The position numbers and the translations under genes are program-made. A model generated the notes under the pieces. The model was not told the origin of the DNA and searched no databases. It saw nothing but the letters and a program-made list of their open reading frames with translations. A stretch of DNA of 64,000 nucleotides from an uncultured Spirochaetota bacterium (lineage in GTDB: Bacteria > Spirochaetota > Spirochaetia > SZUA-6 > CAVTHK01), in assembly GCA_963734495.1 (NCBI GenBank), contig CAVTHK010000003.1:64001-128000 (forward strand), read 5' to 3'. This document shows, one piece after another, positions 10,355 to 20,542 of this stretch. Numbering within the stretch: the first letter of the stretch is position 1; each line of letters starts with the position of its first letter.

Positions 10355-11419
10355 TCACTTCGCCCAGCACTGGAGCGGCTGCTGCCGCTTGAGGCACTCG
10401 TTGCAGGAGATGCAGGTCGAGGCCTGAGTCTCGCCCCGCTGCAGGCTGCGCACCAGGCCGGGCTCCCGGATCAACGGGCGGCAGAGCGAGACGAGATCGA
10501 CCCTGCCCGAGCCCACGGCCTCCCGCATCCGGCCGATGGAGCGCCAGCCGTTGACCGAGGCGACCGGGATGCCGAGCGCCGCCTTGAAGGCCTGAGCCTC
10601 CTCGAAGAAGAACCCTTCCTTGTCCGGCCCCGTCGGCCGGCGCATGTTCATCCCGGGCCGCATGCCGCCCGACACCTCGACCGCGTCGAGGCCGAGCGCC
10701 TCGGCCGCCTTTGCCGCCTCGATCGCGTCCGCGACCGCGAGCCCCGCGGGGACGCCGTCGTGCGCGGCGATCTTGAGCAGCAGCGGAAAGCCGCGGCCGA
10801 GGCGGCGCCGGATGCCGGCGACGACGGCCAGAAGCAGGCGGGCGCGGCCGCCGATGCTGCCTCCCCAGCCGTCGGTCCTGCGGTTGGTGAGCGGCGAGAG
10901 CGTCTGGTTCACGAAGTAGCCGTGCGCGCCGTGGATCTGCACGCCGTCCAGCCCCGCCTCGGCGGCGCGGCGGGCGGCCTCGACGTAGCCCTCGACGATC
11001 GCGGCCGCCTCCTCGTCGGTAAAGGCGCGGGCTTCGGGCACGTCCTCCCGCGGCGACGGGGCGAGCAGCGGCCCGCCGCGCAGCCCCTGTCTGACGTTGG
11101 CGCCTCCGAAGTTGATCTGCGCGACCAGCCGCGCCTCGCCGGCGCCGTGAACCGCCGAGGCAAGGCGCGCGAGCCCCGGGATCCTGTCGTCTTCGTCGAT
11201 TCCGAGCATCCCGGGGGAGCACTTGCCGTCGCGCCGCACGTAGGCGTGGCCCGTCACGATCAGCCCGGCGCCGCCGCGTCCGAGCGCGCCGTAGAGCTCC
11301 ACCTGCCGGTCCGTCACTCCGCCGCGTTCGTCGGCCGAGAAGTCGTGGGTCGCCGAGCGCATGACCCTGTTGGAGACGCGCAGCGTCCCGATCCGGATCT
11401 CGGAAAAGAGGTCAGTCAT
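10355..11419 (-). CDS. NADH:flavin oxidoreductase (Old Yellow Enzyme family)
   Basis: NRVMRSAT, DGVQIHGAHGY, SPLTNRRTDGWGGS, C-terminal CISCNEC. Confidence 0.92.
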   Translation of the reverse strand: MTDLFSEIRIGTLRVSNRVMRSATHDFSADERGGVTDRQVELYGALGRGGAGLIVTGHAYVRRDGKCSPGMLGIDEDDRIPGLARLASAVHGAGEARLVAQINFGGANVRQGLRGGPLLAPSPREDVPEARAFTDEEAAAIVEGYVEAARRAAEAGLDGVQIHGAHGYFVNQTLSPLTNRRTDGWGGSIGGRARLLLAVVAGIRRRLGRGFPLLLKIAAHDGVPAGLAVADAIEAAKAAEALGLDAVEVSGGMRPGMNMRRPTGPDKEGFFFEEAQAFKAALGIPVASVNGWRSIGRMREAVGSGRVDLVSLCRPLIREPGLVRSLQRGETQASTCISCNECLKRQQPLQCWAK

Positions 11420-11458
11420 CGCGCGGTGAGTATAGCACCGGACGCGCGCCCGTTTCCC

Positions 11459-11520
11459 TTGACGCCCGCAGCGGGCCAAGGTTATCTTGGTGGAAACTAT
11501 GGAAACTAGACGGGTTTCCA
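11459..11520 (+). promoter_or_regulatory. sigma70 promoter and putative TetR operator
   Basis: TTGACG(11459)-N18-TATCTT(11483); inverted repeat TGGAAAC-N7-GTTTCCA at 11500-11520 plus an extra TGGAAAC half-site at 11491. Confidence 0.6.
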
Positions 11521-12167
11521 AAGTGTCGAGGCCTTCGGTCGTCCGGCCGGGCTCGCTGCCCGACGCGCTGCTGGCCCGGGCCGCGGACCTCTTTTTCGAC
11601 CGGGGCTTCGCCTCCGTCACGACCGCGGACGTGGCGTCGGCCGCGGGCATCAGCAAGAAGACGCTCTACCGCCTGTTCCCGACCAAGGAGGCGCTGCTGC
11701 TCGCCGCCGTGCGCCGCGAGATGGAGGCGTTCTCCGCGAGGCTCGATGGAATCATATCCTCGCCGGGCGCGGGCCCGCTCGCGGTCATGCGCGAGTTCCT
11801 GCGGGCGCTCGCGGGGCAGATGGCCCGCGTCGGCAAGGTCCTCGCGAGCGATGTGCGGCGCCTCCCGGCGCTCTGGCAGACGATCGACCGGCTGAGGCAG
11901 GACGTCCTGGTCGGCCGCCTCGGCCGGCTGCTGGAGCGGATGGTCGCCGACGGGATCGTGCGCGACGACATCGACCGCAGGCTGATCACCGAGCTGCACT
12001 TCGTACTGATCCAGAACCTGATCACCCCCCAGCAGATCTTCCGTCTCGAGATGTCTCCCGTCTCGATGCTCGAGGGAGTCGTCAAGATCGTCTACGGGGG
12101 CATTCTCACGGGGCGCGGGCGGCGCGGGATGGCGCGGGAGCTCGCACAGGGAAAGGAAAGCACATGA
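11499..12167 (+). CDS. TetR/AcrR family regulator
   Basis: LFFDRGFASVTTADVASAAGISKKTLYRLFPTKEALL HTH. Confidence 0.92.
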   Translation: METRRVSKVSRPSVVRPGSLPDALLARAADLFFDRGFASVTTADVASAAGISKKTLYRLFPTKEALLLAAVRREMEAFSARLDGIISSPGAGPLAVMREFLRALAGQMARVGKVLASDVRRLPALWQTIDRLRQDVLVGRLGRLLERMVADGIVRDDIDRRLITELHFVLIQNLITPQQIFRLEMSPVSMLEGVVKIVYGGILTGRGRRGMARELAQGKEST

Positions 12168-13127
12168 GGATCCTGCTGCTCGCTGCTGCCGCCGTCGCCG
12201 TGCTCGCCGCGTGCCGTCCGGAGGACGGCAGCATCGGCGGATCGGGCACTCTGGAGGCCACCGAGGTGAGGGTGGCGAGCGAGGTCGGCGGCCGCGTGGC
12301 CTCCCTGTCCGTCCGCGAGGGCGACCGGGTGCAGAGGGGCCAGGTGATCGCGCGGCTCGACGACACCGACCTGCGCCTCGCGAGCGATCAGGCCCGCGCC
12401 GCCGCGGACCTGGCCCGGGCGCAGCTCGACCTGACGCTCAAGGGCGCGCGCGAGGAGGACATCACCCAGGCCGTGGAGAACTTGGCGCAGGCCGACGAGA
12501 ACGCGAAGCGCGCCGGCGAGGACCTCGCGCGGATGCGCGACCTGTTCGCCGGCGGCAGCGTCACGCAGAAGCAGCGCGACGACGCCGAGACGCGCGCGAC
12601 GGTGGCGGCCGCCCAGGCCCGGGCGCGCGCGGGCTGCACTGGACAAGCTCCGCACGCTCGTGCGTCCCGAGGAGGTCCGCGCGGCCCGCGCGCGGCTGGA
12701 CCAGGCCGACGCCGCGCTGCGTCTGGCCGAGCGGCGGGTCGGCCAGGCCGCGGTCGAAGCCCCGATGGACGGCGTGGTGGCCAAGCGCGTCGTGGAGGAG
12801 GGCGAGATCGCCGCGCCCGGCTTCCCGCTGGCCACGATCGACGACCTCTCCGTCGTGCGCCTGGTCGTGTACGTGCCGGAGCCCGACCTCTCGCGCGTGC
12901 GGCTCGGGGCGGAGGCGCAGGTGAGCGTCGACGGGCTCGAAGGCCGGACCTTCGGGGGACGGGTCACCTTCATCTCGCCGGAGGCCGAGTTCACGCCCCG
13001 CAACGTCCAGACCAAGGAAGAGCGCGCCAAGCTGGTCTTCGCGGTCAAGATCGAGCTCCCCAACCCCGACGGCCTGCTCAAGCCGGGAATGCCGGCGGAC
13101 GCCCGCATCGCGGGGGCAGGGCGATGA
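12164..13127 (+). CDS. HlyD-family efflux membrane fusion lipoprotein (frameshift ~12625)
   Basis: lipobox LAAC, GTLEATEV, VREGDRV, ISPEAEFTP, LKPGMPAD. Confidence 0.9.
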
Positions 13128-14111
13128 GCGACCCCGACGGGCGGCCCGCGCGCGGCGGCCGCCCGGCCGTCGAGATCGACGACGTGTCCCGCAGCTACGG
13201 CGAAGCGACAGCACTGCGGGGCCTCACGCTGGAGCTCGACGAGGGCCTGAGCCTGGCGCTCGTCGGTCCGGACGGCGCGGGCAAGACCACGCTCTTCCGC
13301 CTGCTGACCGGCCTCGCTGCCCGCCGAGCTCCGGGAGGCTCCGCGTGCTCGGGCTCGACCCGCGGAGCGAGGGGGCGCGGCTGCGCCCGCTCCTCGGCTA
13401 CCTCTCGCAGGGCTTCAGCCTCTACGGCGACCTCACGGTCGGACGAGAACATGCAGTTCTTCGCGGAGATTCACGGCGTCCGCGGCTACCGCGCCCGCCG
13501 CGACGAGCTGCTCGAGCGCATGAACCTGGTCGAGTTCCGCCGCAGGCTCGCCGAGCGCCTCTCGGGAGGGATGAAGCAGAAGCTCGCCCTCGCCTGCGCG
13601 CTCGTCCACTCGCCGCGGCTCCTGCTCCTCGACGAGCCCACGACCGGAGTCGACCCGGTGTCGCGGCGCGAGTTCTGGCTGCTGCTGAGCGAGCTGCGCG
13701 TGCGAGGGCATGGCGATGGTGCTGGCCACGCCCTACCTCGACGAGGCCGAGCGCTGCGACCGGGTGGCGCTGCTGAACAGGGGCGAGCTGCTCGCGAGCG
13801 GCCGCCCGCTCGAGCTCACGTCGGCCCTGGCCTCCCGCTTTGTCGAGGCGGTCTGCCGGGAGCCGCGCCGGGCCAGGCGCGAGCTGCTGGCCGCGGGATG
13901 GCGGGACGTGCAGCTCTTCGGGGACCGCGTGCACGTGGCCGTGAGCGACGCGGACCGCGAGCTGCCCGGGATCCGCGAGCGGCTGGAGGCTGCCGGCGTG
14001 GGGGTCTCGTCCGCGCGCGTCGTCGCCACGAGGCTGGAGAACGTGTTCGTGAGCCGGCTCACGGGGGCATCCGCGCCCGAAGCCGGAGCGTCCGGTCGAG
14101 GAGGGGCTTAA
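13124..14111 (+). CDS. ABC transporter ATP-binding protein (frameshifts)
   Basis: GPDGAGKTT, LSGGMKQK, LLLDEPTTGVD. Confidence 0.88.
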
Positions 14112-15467
14112 GTGAATCTCCGGTTCCTTCGCCTGTGCATGCTGCTCGCCGCGGCTTCCGCCTGGGCCGGGGACGAGCTTCCCGCCTCCCTCGACGCGTG
14201 CCTGGACCTCGGCCTGCGCGCGCACCCCAACTTGCGCGCGGCGCGGCTCGCCCTGGACGCGGCCGACGCGGCAGTGGGCGAAGCGCGCGCGGCGCAGCTG
14301 CCCGCCCTCGTGCTGAGCGGCTCGGCCACGCGGTTCAGCGACGAAGACACCGGCACTCTCGCCACGCCCTTCGGCCCGGTCGCGCTCGCGCCCTGGATCC
14401 AGGATCGCTTCTCCATGGGCGCCAGCCTTCGCCAGAACCTCTTCTCGGGGTTCGCGGTGCGGTCCCGGATACAGGCGGCCGCCGCCGCAAAGGAGGCGGC
14501 GCGGCGCGACCTCGCCGCGGAGACCGGCCGCATCGCCTACGAGATCGAGGCCGCATGGTGGGGGCTCGCCGCGGCCGTCGAGGCGCGCGGAGTCGTCGAG
14601 GAGAGCCGCCGTCTTCTGCGGGTCCACGTGTCCGAGACCGAGCAGTTCCTCTCGCAGGGGCTCGCCACGCGCGAGGAGCTGCTGCGCGTCCAGAGCGAGC
14701 TGGCCGCGGCCGAGCTGCGCGTGACCGAGGCGGCCAGCACCGAGCGCCTCGCGCGATCCCGGCTGGCCCTGATGGTCGGCCTGGGCCGCGACGCCTCGGG
14801 CGGCCCGACCTCCGTGCCGGCGGTGCCCGATCCCGCGGCGGCCGTCGAGCGGCTCGGTCCGCTGGACTCGCTGGTGGCCGGGGCCCTCGGCGACCGCGCC
14901 GAGCTCGCGGCCATGGACGAGCGGATCCGCGCCGCCTCGGCGGCGGCCACAGGCGCCCGCTCCGGCTTCTTCCCGAGCGTGTCCCTCGACGGCGCTCTCG
15001 TCTGGGCGCGGCCCAACCCGCTGCTCTTCCCGCCGCAGGACCGCTTCGACGCGACCTGGCAGATCGGCGTGTCGGCCTCGGTGAACGTGGGCGGATACGG
15101 GGCGGTCGAGCGGAGGGTCCGCGGGGCGGAGCTGGAAAAGGAGCGCCTCGCCGCGCAGCGCGACGGCCGCGCGACGCAGGTCACGCTCGAGGTCGCCGAG
15201 AGCTACGAGACGGTGCGGCGCGCGGCCGAGCGCATCGTGAGCGCGCGGGCGGCGGCGGCGCGGTCGGACGAGGCGCTGCGCGTCGTCCGCGACAAGCGCG
15301 CGGCCGGCCTCGCCCGCGCGACGGACCTGCTCGACGCGGAGCTCGATCTCATGCGCGCGCGGCTGGACGGGAGCCGCGCCGCGATGGACCTCCGCGTGGG
15401 GCTGGCCGCGCTGCGGCGCGCCGTGGGCGGCGGGCCGCCGGCACCCGCAACGGAGGCCGCGCGGTGA
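14112..15467 (+). CDS. TolC-family outer membrane efflux protein
   Basis: signal peptide, two OEP-like helical repeats, efflux operon context. Confidence 0.88.
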   Translation: MNLRFLRLCMLLAAASAWAGDELPASLDACLDLGLRAHPNLRAARLALDAADAAVGEARAAQLPALVLSGSATRFSDEDTGTLATPFGPVALAPWIQDRFSMGASLRQNLFSGFAVRSRIQAAAAAKEAARRDLAAETGRIAYEIEAAWWGLAAAVEARGVVEESRRLLRVHVSETEQFLSQGLATREELLRVQSELAAAELRVTEAASTERLARSRLALMVGLGRDASGGPTSVPAVPDPAAAVERLGPLDSLVAGALGDRAELAAMDERIRAASAAATGARSGFFPSVSLDGALVWARPNPLLFPPQDRFDATWQIGVSASVNVGGYGAVERRVRGAELEKERLAAQRDGRATQVTLEVAESYETVRRAAERIVSARAAAARSDEALRVVRDKRAAGLARATDLLDAELDLMRARLDGSRAAMDLRVGLAALRRAVGGGPPAPATEAAR

Positions 15468-16397
15468 GCGAGGTGCGGCCGCCCGCTCCCGCGGCCATCG
15501 CGGCGGCGGGGCTCACGCGCCGGTTCGGGCCCTTCGTGGCCGTGGATGCGGTCGACCTGTCGGTCCCCCGCGGCGCGGTCTTCGGCCTGCTCGGCGCCAA
15601 CGGCGCCGGCAAATCGACGCTGATCCGCATCTTCTGCGGCCTGCTGCTGCCTTCGCAGGGGACCGCGACGGTCGCCGGCATCGACGTGGCCCGCGACCCG
15701 GAGCGGGTCAAAGCCCGGATCGGCTACATGTCGCAGCGCTTCTCGCTGTACCTCGACCTGACGGCGCGCGAAAACCTCGCGTTCTTCGGCGGCGTGTACG
15801 GGCTGAAGAACTCACGGCTCGCGGAGCGGATCGCGTGGGCGATCGAGAGGACCGGGCTCGGCCGCGACGCCGATCGGACCGCCGGCAGCCTCCCGCTGGG
15901 CTGGAAACAGCGCCTCGCGCTCGCCTGCGCCCTGCTGCACGAGCCGGAGATCCTCTTTCTCGACGAGCCGACCTCGGGAGTCGATCCGCTGGCGCGCCGC
16001 GCCTTCTGGGACGAGATCGACGGCTTGTCCGAAGAGGGGCGCACCGTCGTGGTGACCACGCACGTCCTCGAGGAAGCCGAGTACTGCCACAGGGTCGCCC
16101 TGATGCACCGGGGACGGATCGTCGCCGAGGGCACGCCGTCCGACCTCAAGCGTTCGGTCCCCGGAGTCTTCGAGGTCGATTGCGAAGATCCCCTCGGCGC
16201 GCTCAAGCTGATCCGCAGGCTGGCGGCCGGCAGCGCGGCGCTGTTCGCCGGGGGGCTCCACGTCACGCCCGCGCAAGGGCGTGTCCATCGACGACATCGT
16301 CGAGCGGCTGCGGGCGTCCGGGGCCGCCGTGCGCTCGGTGCGGGCCGCCGAGCCCGGCCTCGAGGACGTGTTCGTGCGGCTGGTCGAAGGAGCGTGA
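15464..16397 (+). CDS. ABC transporter ATP-binding protein (late frameshift)
   Basis: GANGAGKST, LPLGWKQR, LFLDEPTSGVD. Confidence 0.9.
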
Positions 16398-16400
16398 TCC

Positions 16401-17534
16401 GTGATCGGCAGGGTGTGGGCCGTGGCGCGGAAGGAGCTGCTTCAGTTGGGGCGTGACACGCGGTCGCTCGCGGTTCTTTTCTTCACGCCTGCCTTCCTTC
16501 TCGTGATGTTCGGCTATGCCGTGAGCCTCGACGTGAAGCACGTGCCCCTCGCGGTCGTCGACCTCGACCGGACGCCCGAGAGCCGGGCCTTCGTCAGGGC
16601 GTTCACCGCGACCGAATACTTCAGGGACTCCGGGGCCAGGCCGCAGGCCCCGCGCGAGGTGGACTCGCTGCTCGCTTCCGAGCGGGCGCGGCTGGCCATC
16701 GTGATCCCGCGGGGCTACGGCCGCGACGTGATCCGCGGCCAGCGGCGCGTCCGTGCAGGTGATCATAGACGCGGCCAACGCCTCGGCGGGCGCGGCCATG
16801 CTGGGCTACGTGGCCGGCATCTCCGAGGCGCAGGCGCTCGCGGCGGCGCCGGCCGGGGCCTCGCAGGCCGCCGCGGCCGGGCGGCCGCGCATCGAGCTGC
16901 GGCCCCGCATCTACTACAACCCGGAGCTTTCGAGCGCGGTTTACCTCGTGCCCGGCCTCGTGACGCTCATCATGATGATCACGGGCGTCGTCACGACCGC
17001 GCTCACCATCGTGCGCGAAAAGGAGCGGGGCACCATGGAGCAGGTCCTGGTGTCCCCCCTGAGGCCGGCGGAGCTCATCCTCGGAAAGACACTGCCCTAC
17101 ATGCTCGTCTCGCTGGTTTCCGCGGGCGCGGTGCTGACCGCGGGCGTGCTGCTGTTCCAGGTCCCCGTGCGGGGCAGCCTCCTCGGGCTGCTCCTGGTCA
17201 CGATCGTGTTCCTGGCCGCCTGCCTCGGGCTCGGGCTCCTGATCTCGAGCGTGGCGGCCACGCAGCAGGCCGCGTTCCTCATCTCGATCATCTCGACGCT
17301 GCTGCCGAGCTTCGTGCTGTCGGGCTTCGTCTTTCCGATCCGCAACATGCCGGTTCGCCGATCCGGCTGCTGACCTTCCTGATGCCGTCGCGCTACTACC
17401 TCGCGGCCATACGCGACATCCTGCTCAAGGGGGCGGGCGTCGCCGTGTGGTGGGACCAGGCGCTCGGGCTCGTGCTGTTCTCGGCCGCGGCCCTGGCCCT
17501 TTCGTCCGCGCTCATGCGCAGGAGGACCCTGTGA
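16401..17534 (+). CDS. ABC-2 type permease (frameshifts)
   Basis: KELLQLGRD, YNPEL, VREKERGTMEQ, LSGFVFPI. Confidence 0.88.
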   Translation: MIGRVWAVARKELLQLGRDTRSLAVLFFTPAFLLVMFGYAVSLDVKHVPLAVVDLDRTPESRAFVRAFTATEYFRDSGARPQAPREVDSLLASERARLAIVIPRGYGRDVIRGQRRVRAGDHRRGQRLGGRGHAGLRGRHLRGAGARGGAGRGLAGRRGRAAAHRAAAPHLLQPGAFERGLPRARPRDAHHDDHGRRHDRAHHRARKGAGHHGAGPGVPPEAGGAHPRKDTALHARLAGFRGRGADRGRAAVPGPRAGQPPRAAPGHDRVPGRLPRARAPDLERGGHAAGRVPHLDHLDAAAELRAVGLRLSDPQHAGSPIRLLTFLMPSRYYLAAIRDILLKGAGVAVWWDQALGLVLFSAAALALSSALMRRRTL

Positions 17535-18653
17535 GCGGCCTCGGGCGGATGATCGTCAAGGAGCTGCAGCAGATCCGCAGGGACCGCAGGTTCCTCGCGA
17601 TCCTCTTCGTCTCGCCCGTGATCCAGCTCATCCTGCTCGGCTACGCCGCCAACCTGGACGTGAGGCAGATCCCGACCGTGGTCTGCGACTTCGACCGGAC
17701 CGCGGAGAGCCGGGAGCTCGCCGCGGGCCTGACCGCGTCGGGGTTCTTCGAGGCGACGGGCTCGCGTCGCCACGCTCCGCGACGCGGAGCAGGTGCTGCG
17801 TTCCGGCCGCGCGTGGCTGGTCCTGGTCATCCCCAGCGGCTACGGCAGGGACATCGTCGCCTCGCGGGCGGCGACGGTGGAGCTGCTGGTCGACGGCAGC
17901 GACTCGAGCGCGGCCACGATCGGCTCGAGCTACGCCGCGCAGGCCGTCGCGTTCGCGAGCCGGAAGCTCTTGTCCGACGCGCCCGCAAGGCTCCCGGGCA
18001 TCGCCCCCGTCATCGAGGTGCAGCCGCGGATCTGGTACAACCCGGAGCTGCGCAGCTCGCATTTCATGGTTCCGGGCATGCTGGGCCTGCTGCTGATGCT
18101 CGTGACGATGGTCCTCACCGCCCTCGCCATCGTCAAGGAGAAGGAGGCCGGCACGATGGAGCAGCTCGCGGTCACGCCCATCCGGCCCGCGGCGCTGATC
18201 CTCGGCAAGCTCATCCCCTTCGTGATGATCGGGCTGATCGACGTGCTCCTGGTGGTCGCGGCGGCGACGATCGTGTTCGGCCTTCCCATCAAGGGGAGCC
18301 TCTTCCTCCTGCTCGCGCTGTCGCTGCTCTTCATCCTCACGTCGCTCGGGCTCGGCCTGTTCGTCTCGACCCTGGCCCACACCCAGCAGCAGGCCATGAT
18401 GATGGCAGTCTTCTTCGTGATGGTGCCCATGGTCTTCCTCTCCGGCTTCGTGTTCCCCATCGAGAACATGCCGCCTTCGATCCAGGCCGTCACGTACCTG
18501 ATGCCCCTGCGCTACTACTTCACGATCGTGCGGGGGCTCTTCCTCAAGGGGGTGGGGCCCGCGGAGCTCTGGGACGAGGCCGCCGCCCTCGCGGTCTCCG
18601 GCGCCGTGGTCTTCGGGCTGAGCGTGCTGCGCTTCCGCAAGCGCCTGCAGTAG
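17531..18653 (+). CDS. ABC-2 type permease (frameshift ~17770)
   Basis: KELQQIRRD, WYNPEL, KEKEAGTMEQL, LSGFVFPIENMP. Confidence 0.88.
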
Positions 18654-18681
18654 CGGCCGGGCGGCGCGGCCGCCGGCGGGC

Positions 18682-19287
18682 TCACGCCTCGATCCGGAGG
18701 ATCCGCCCCCAGCGCGAGCGCGGCCGCGAGGCGGTCCAGTCGAAGACTTCGCCGCGGCCGCTGCGGGTAAAGGAGCGGGCCAGCCGCTCGAAAGGGCTGC
18801 GGCCGGGATCGGCGATGAGCACCAGCCTGACGCCGGCCGCGAGAGCTTTGCGGATGACGCCGCGCAGCGTCGGCACGAGCGAATCCCAGAAGCAGATGTC
18901 CGACCCGATGAGCACGTCGGTCCGGGCGAGGTAGGCGGGAGCGAGCGAGGCGAACCCGACCTGCAGCTCCCGGATGCGCACGCCGTTCGCGGATGCGTGC
19001 AGGCGCAGGAACTCGAAGACGTCGGGATCCTTGTCCACGGCGGTCACGCGGGCCCCGTACTTGCGCGCGCAGTAGATCCCGGTGAGGCCCCACCCGGCGC
19101 CGAGCTCGAGCAGACGGCGGCGGCGCGGCAGCGGCCGCCGGCTCAGGTAGTCGATGAGCAGCCAGCTCGAGGGCCAGTGCTTGTTGCCGTGGATGGAGGG
19201 CACCGCGGAGCGCTTGAGCTTGCGGACTTCGGGATGGGTGGAGAGGAGGGCGCGCACCCCGTAGGCGCGGATCATCGTCCTGGGCAT
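18682..19287 (-). CDS. class I SAM-dependent methyltransferase (lysine-MT-like family)
   Basis: HWPSS, LLELGAGWGL motif I, LIGSDICF, IADPGR. Confidence 0.85.
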   Translation of the reverse strand: MPRTMIRAYGVRALLSTHPEVRKLKRSAVPSIHGNKHWPSSWLLIDYLSRRPLPRRRRLLELGAGWGLTGIYCARKYGARVTAVDKDPDVFEFLRLHASANGVRIRELQVGFASLAPAYLARTDVLIGSDICFWDSLVPTLRGVIRKALAAGVRLVLIADPGRSPFERLARSFTRSGRGEVFDWTASRPRSRWGRILRIEA

Positions 19288-19382
19288 ACGCGCACGATAG
19301 CGGCGCGGCGGGACGCTGGCAACAGGCGCGTGCCGGACCCGCGCCTTGCGGCCGCGCTCCCGCGCGCTGTAGTCTTTCCCGC

Positions 19383-20454
19383 GTGTTCGCGCTCAAGCCG
19401 GACTACGAGCAGGTGCTCGGCCGCTTCTCCGCCTGGTGGGAAGGGGCGGTGCTCGACCGCGCCGTCGCCTCCGTCAGCTATCCGAAGCCGCCGCGGGAGC
19501 GCGTCCCGCTGCCCGAGTCGCGGCATGCGAGCCTGCGCGACCGCTGGATGGACGCGGGCTACCAGGTCGCGCTGGCCGAGGCGACGTTCGCCAACACGGT
19601 GTTTGCCGGCGACGCCCTGCCCATCGTGCACCCCAACCTCGGGCCCGAGGTCTTTTCCGCCTTCTACGGCTGCCCGCTGGAATTCGGCGAGACCACGTCC
19701 TGGAGCCGGCCGCATCCTCGAGAGCTGGAGCGACGCCGCGTCGCTGCGGCTGGACGCGAGGAACGAGTACTTCCGCGCGATCCTCGAGATCACGGACGCC
19801 CTGATCGAAGCGGGCCGCGGCCGCTTTATCGTGGGGTACACCGACATCCACCCCGGCGGCGACGCCGTCGCGGCGTTCCGCGACCCGCAGCAGCTCTGCA
19901 TCGACCTGCTCGAGCAGCCGGGAGCCGTCCGCGACCTGGTCGAGCGCGTGACGGACGACTTCATTTTATTGTTCGACCTCTACCATGAGAGGCTCGCGGC
20001 CGCCGGAATGCCGAGCACGACCTGGCTGCACGCCGTCTCGCCCGGCAGGATGCACGTGCCGTCCAACGATTTCTCCTGCATGATCTCGCGCGCCGCCTTC
20101 GAAGAGATCTTCCTGCCGGGCCTGTTGCGCGAGTGCGGGCACATGACCCACAACATCTACCACCTGGACGGGCCCCAGGCGCTCCGTTTCCTCGACCTTC
20201 TTCTCGAGATCCGCGAGATCCACGCGATCCAGTGGGTGGCGGGCGCGAACAGGGACCGGTGGAGCGACTGGATCGACGTCTATCGCCGCATCCAGAGGGC
20301 GGGCCGCTCGTTCGTCGTGACGCTGCCGGCCGCCGATCTGGGCCTCGCCTTCGAGGTGCTGAGGCCCGAGGGCGCGTGGCTCTCGATCACAGGCGTGCGC
20401 GACGCCGCGGGTGCCGAGGCGGCGCTCGCCGCGGTGAGGCGCTGGAGCCTGTAG
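19383..20454 (+). CDS. URO-D/MtaA-like TIM-barrel protein (frameshift ~19710)
   Basis: PNLGP, TDIHPGGD, SNDFSCMIS, YHLDGP, IQWVAG motifs of URO-D-like proteins. Confidence 0.7.
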
Positions 20455-20491
20455 GCCGCGTCCCCGCCGACTCCGCGGGGCAATCCATGCA

Positions 20492-20516
20492 ATCCATGAC
20501 AGGCCCGCCGGTTTAG
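20492..20516 (+). promoter_or_regulatory. candidate ECF-sigma promoter, copy 1
   Basis: ATCC-N13-CGGTTTAG; the same architecture recurs at 21591-21615. Confidence 0.5.
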
Positions 20517-20542
20517 TAGCTTAGCAGGAGAGGAATGCCTCG

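Noticed and set aside
12164-16456. 1430-aa ORF apparently fusing HlyD and two ABC ATPases
   Set aside because: Chimera produced by indels; most of it is out-of-frame sequence across separately recognisable genes
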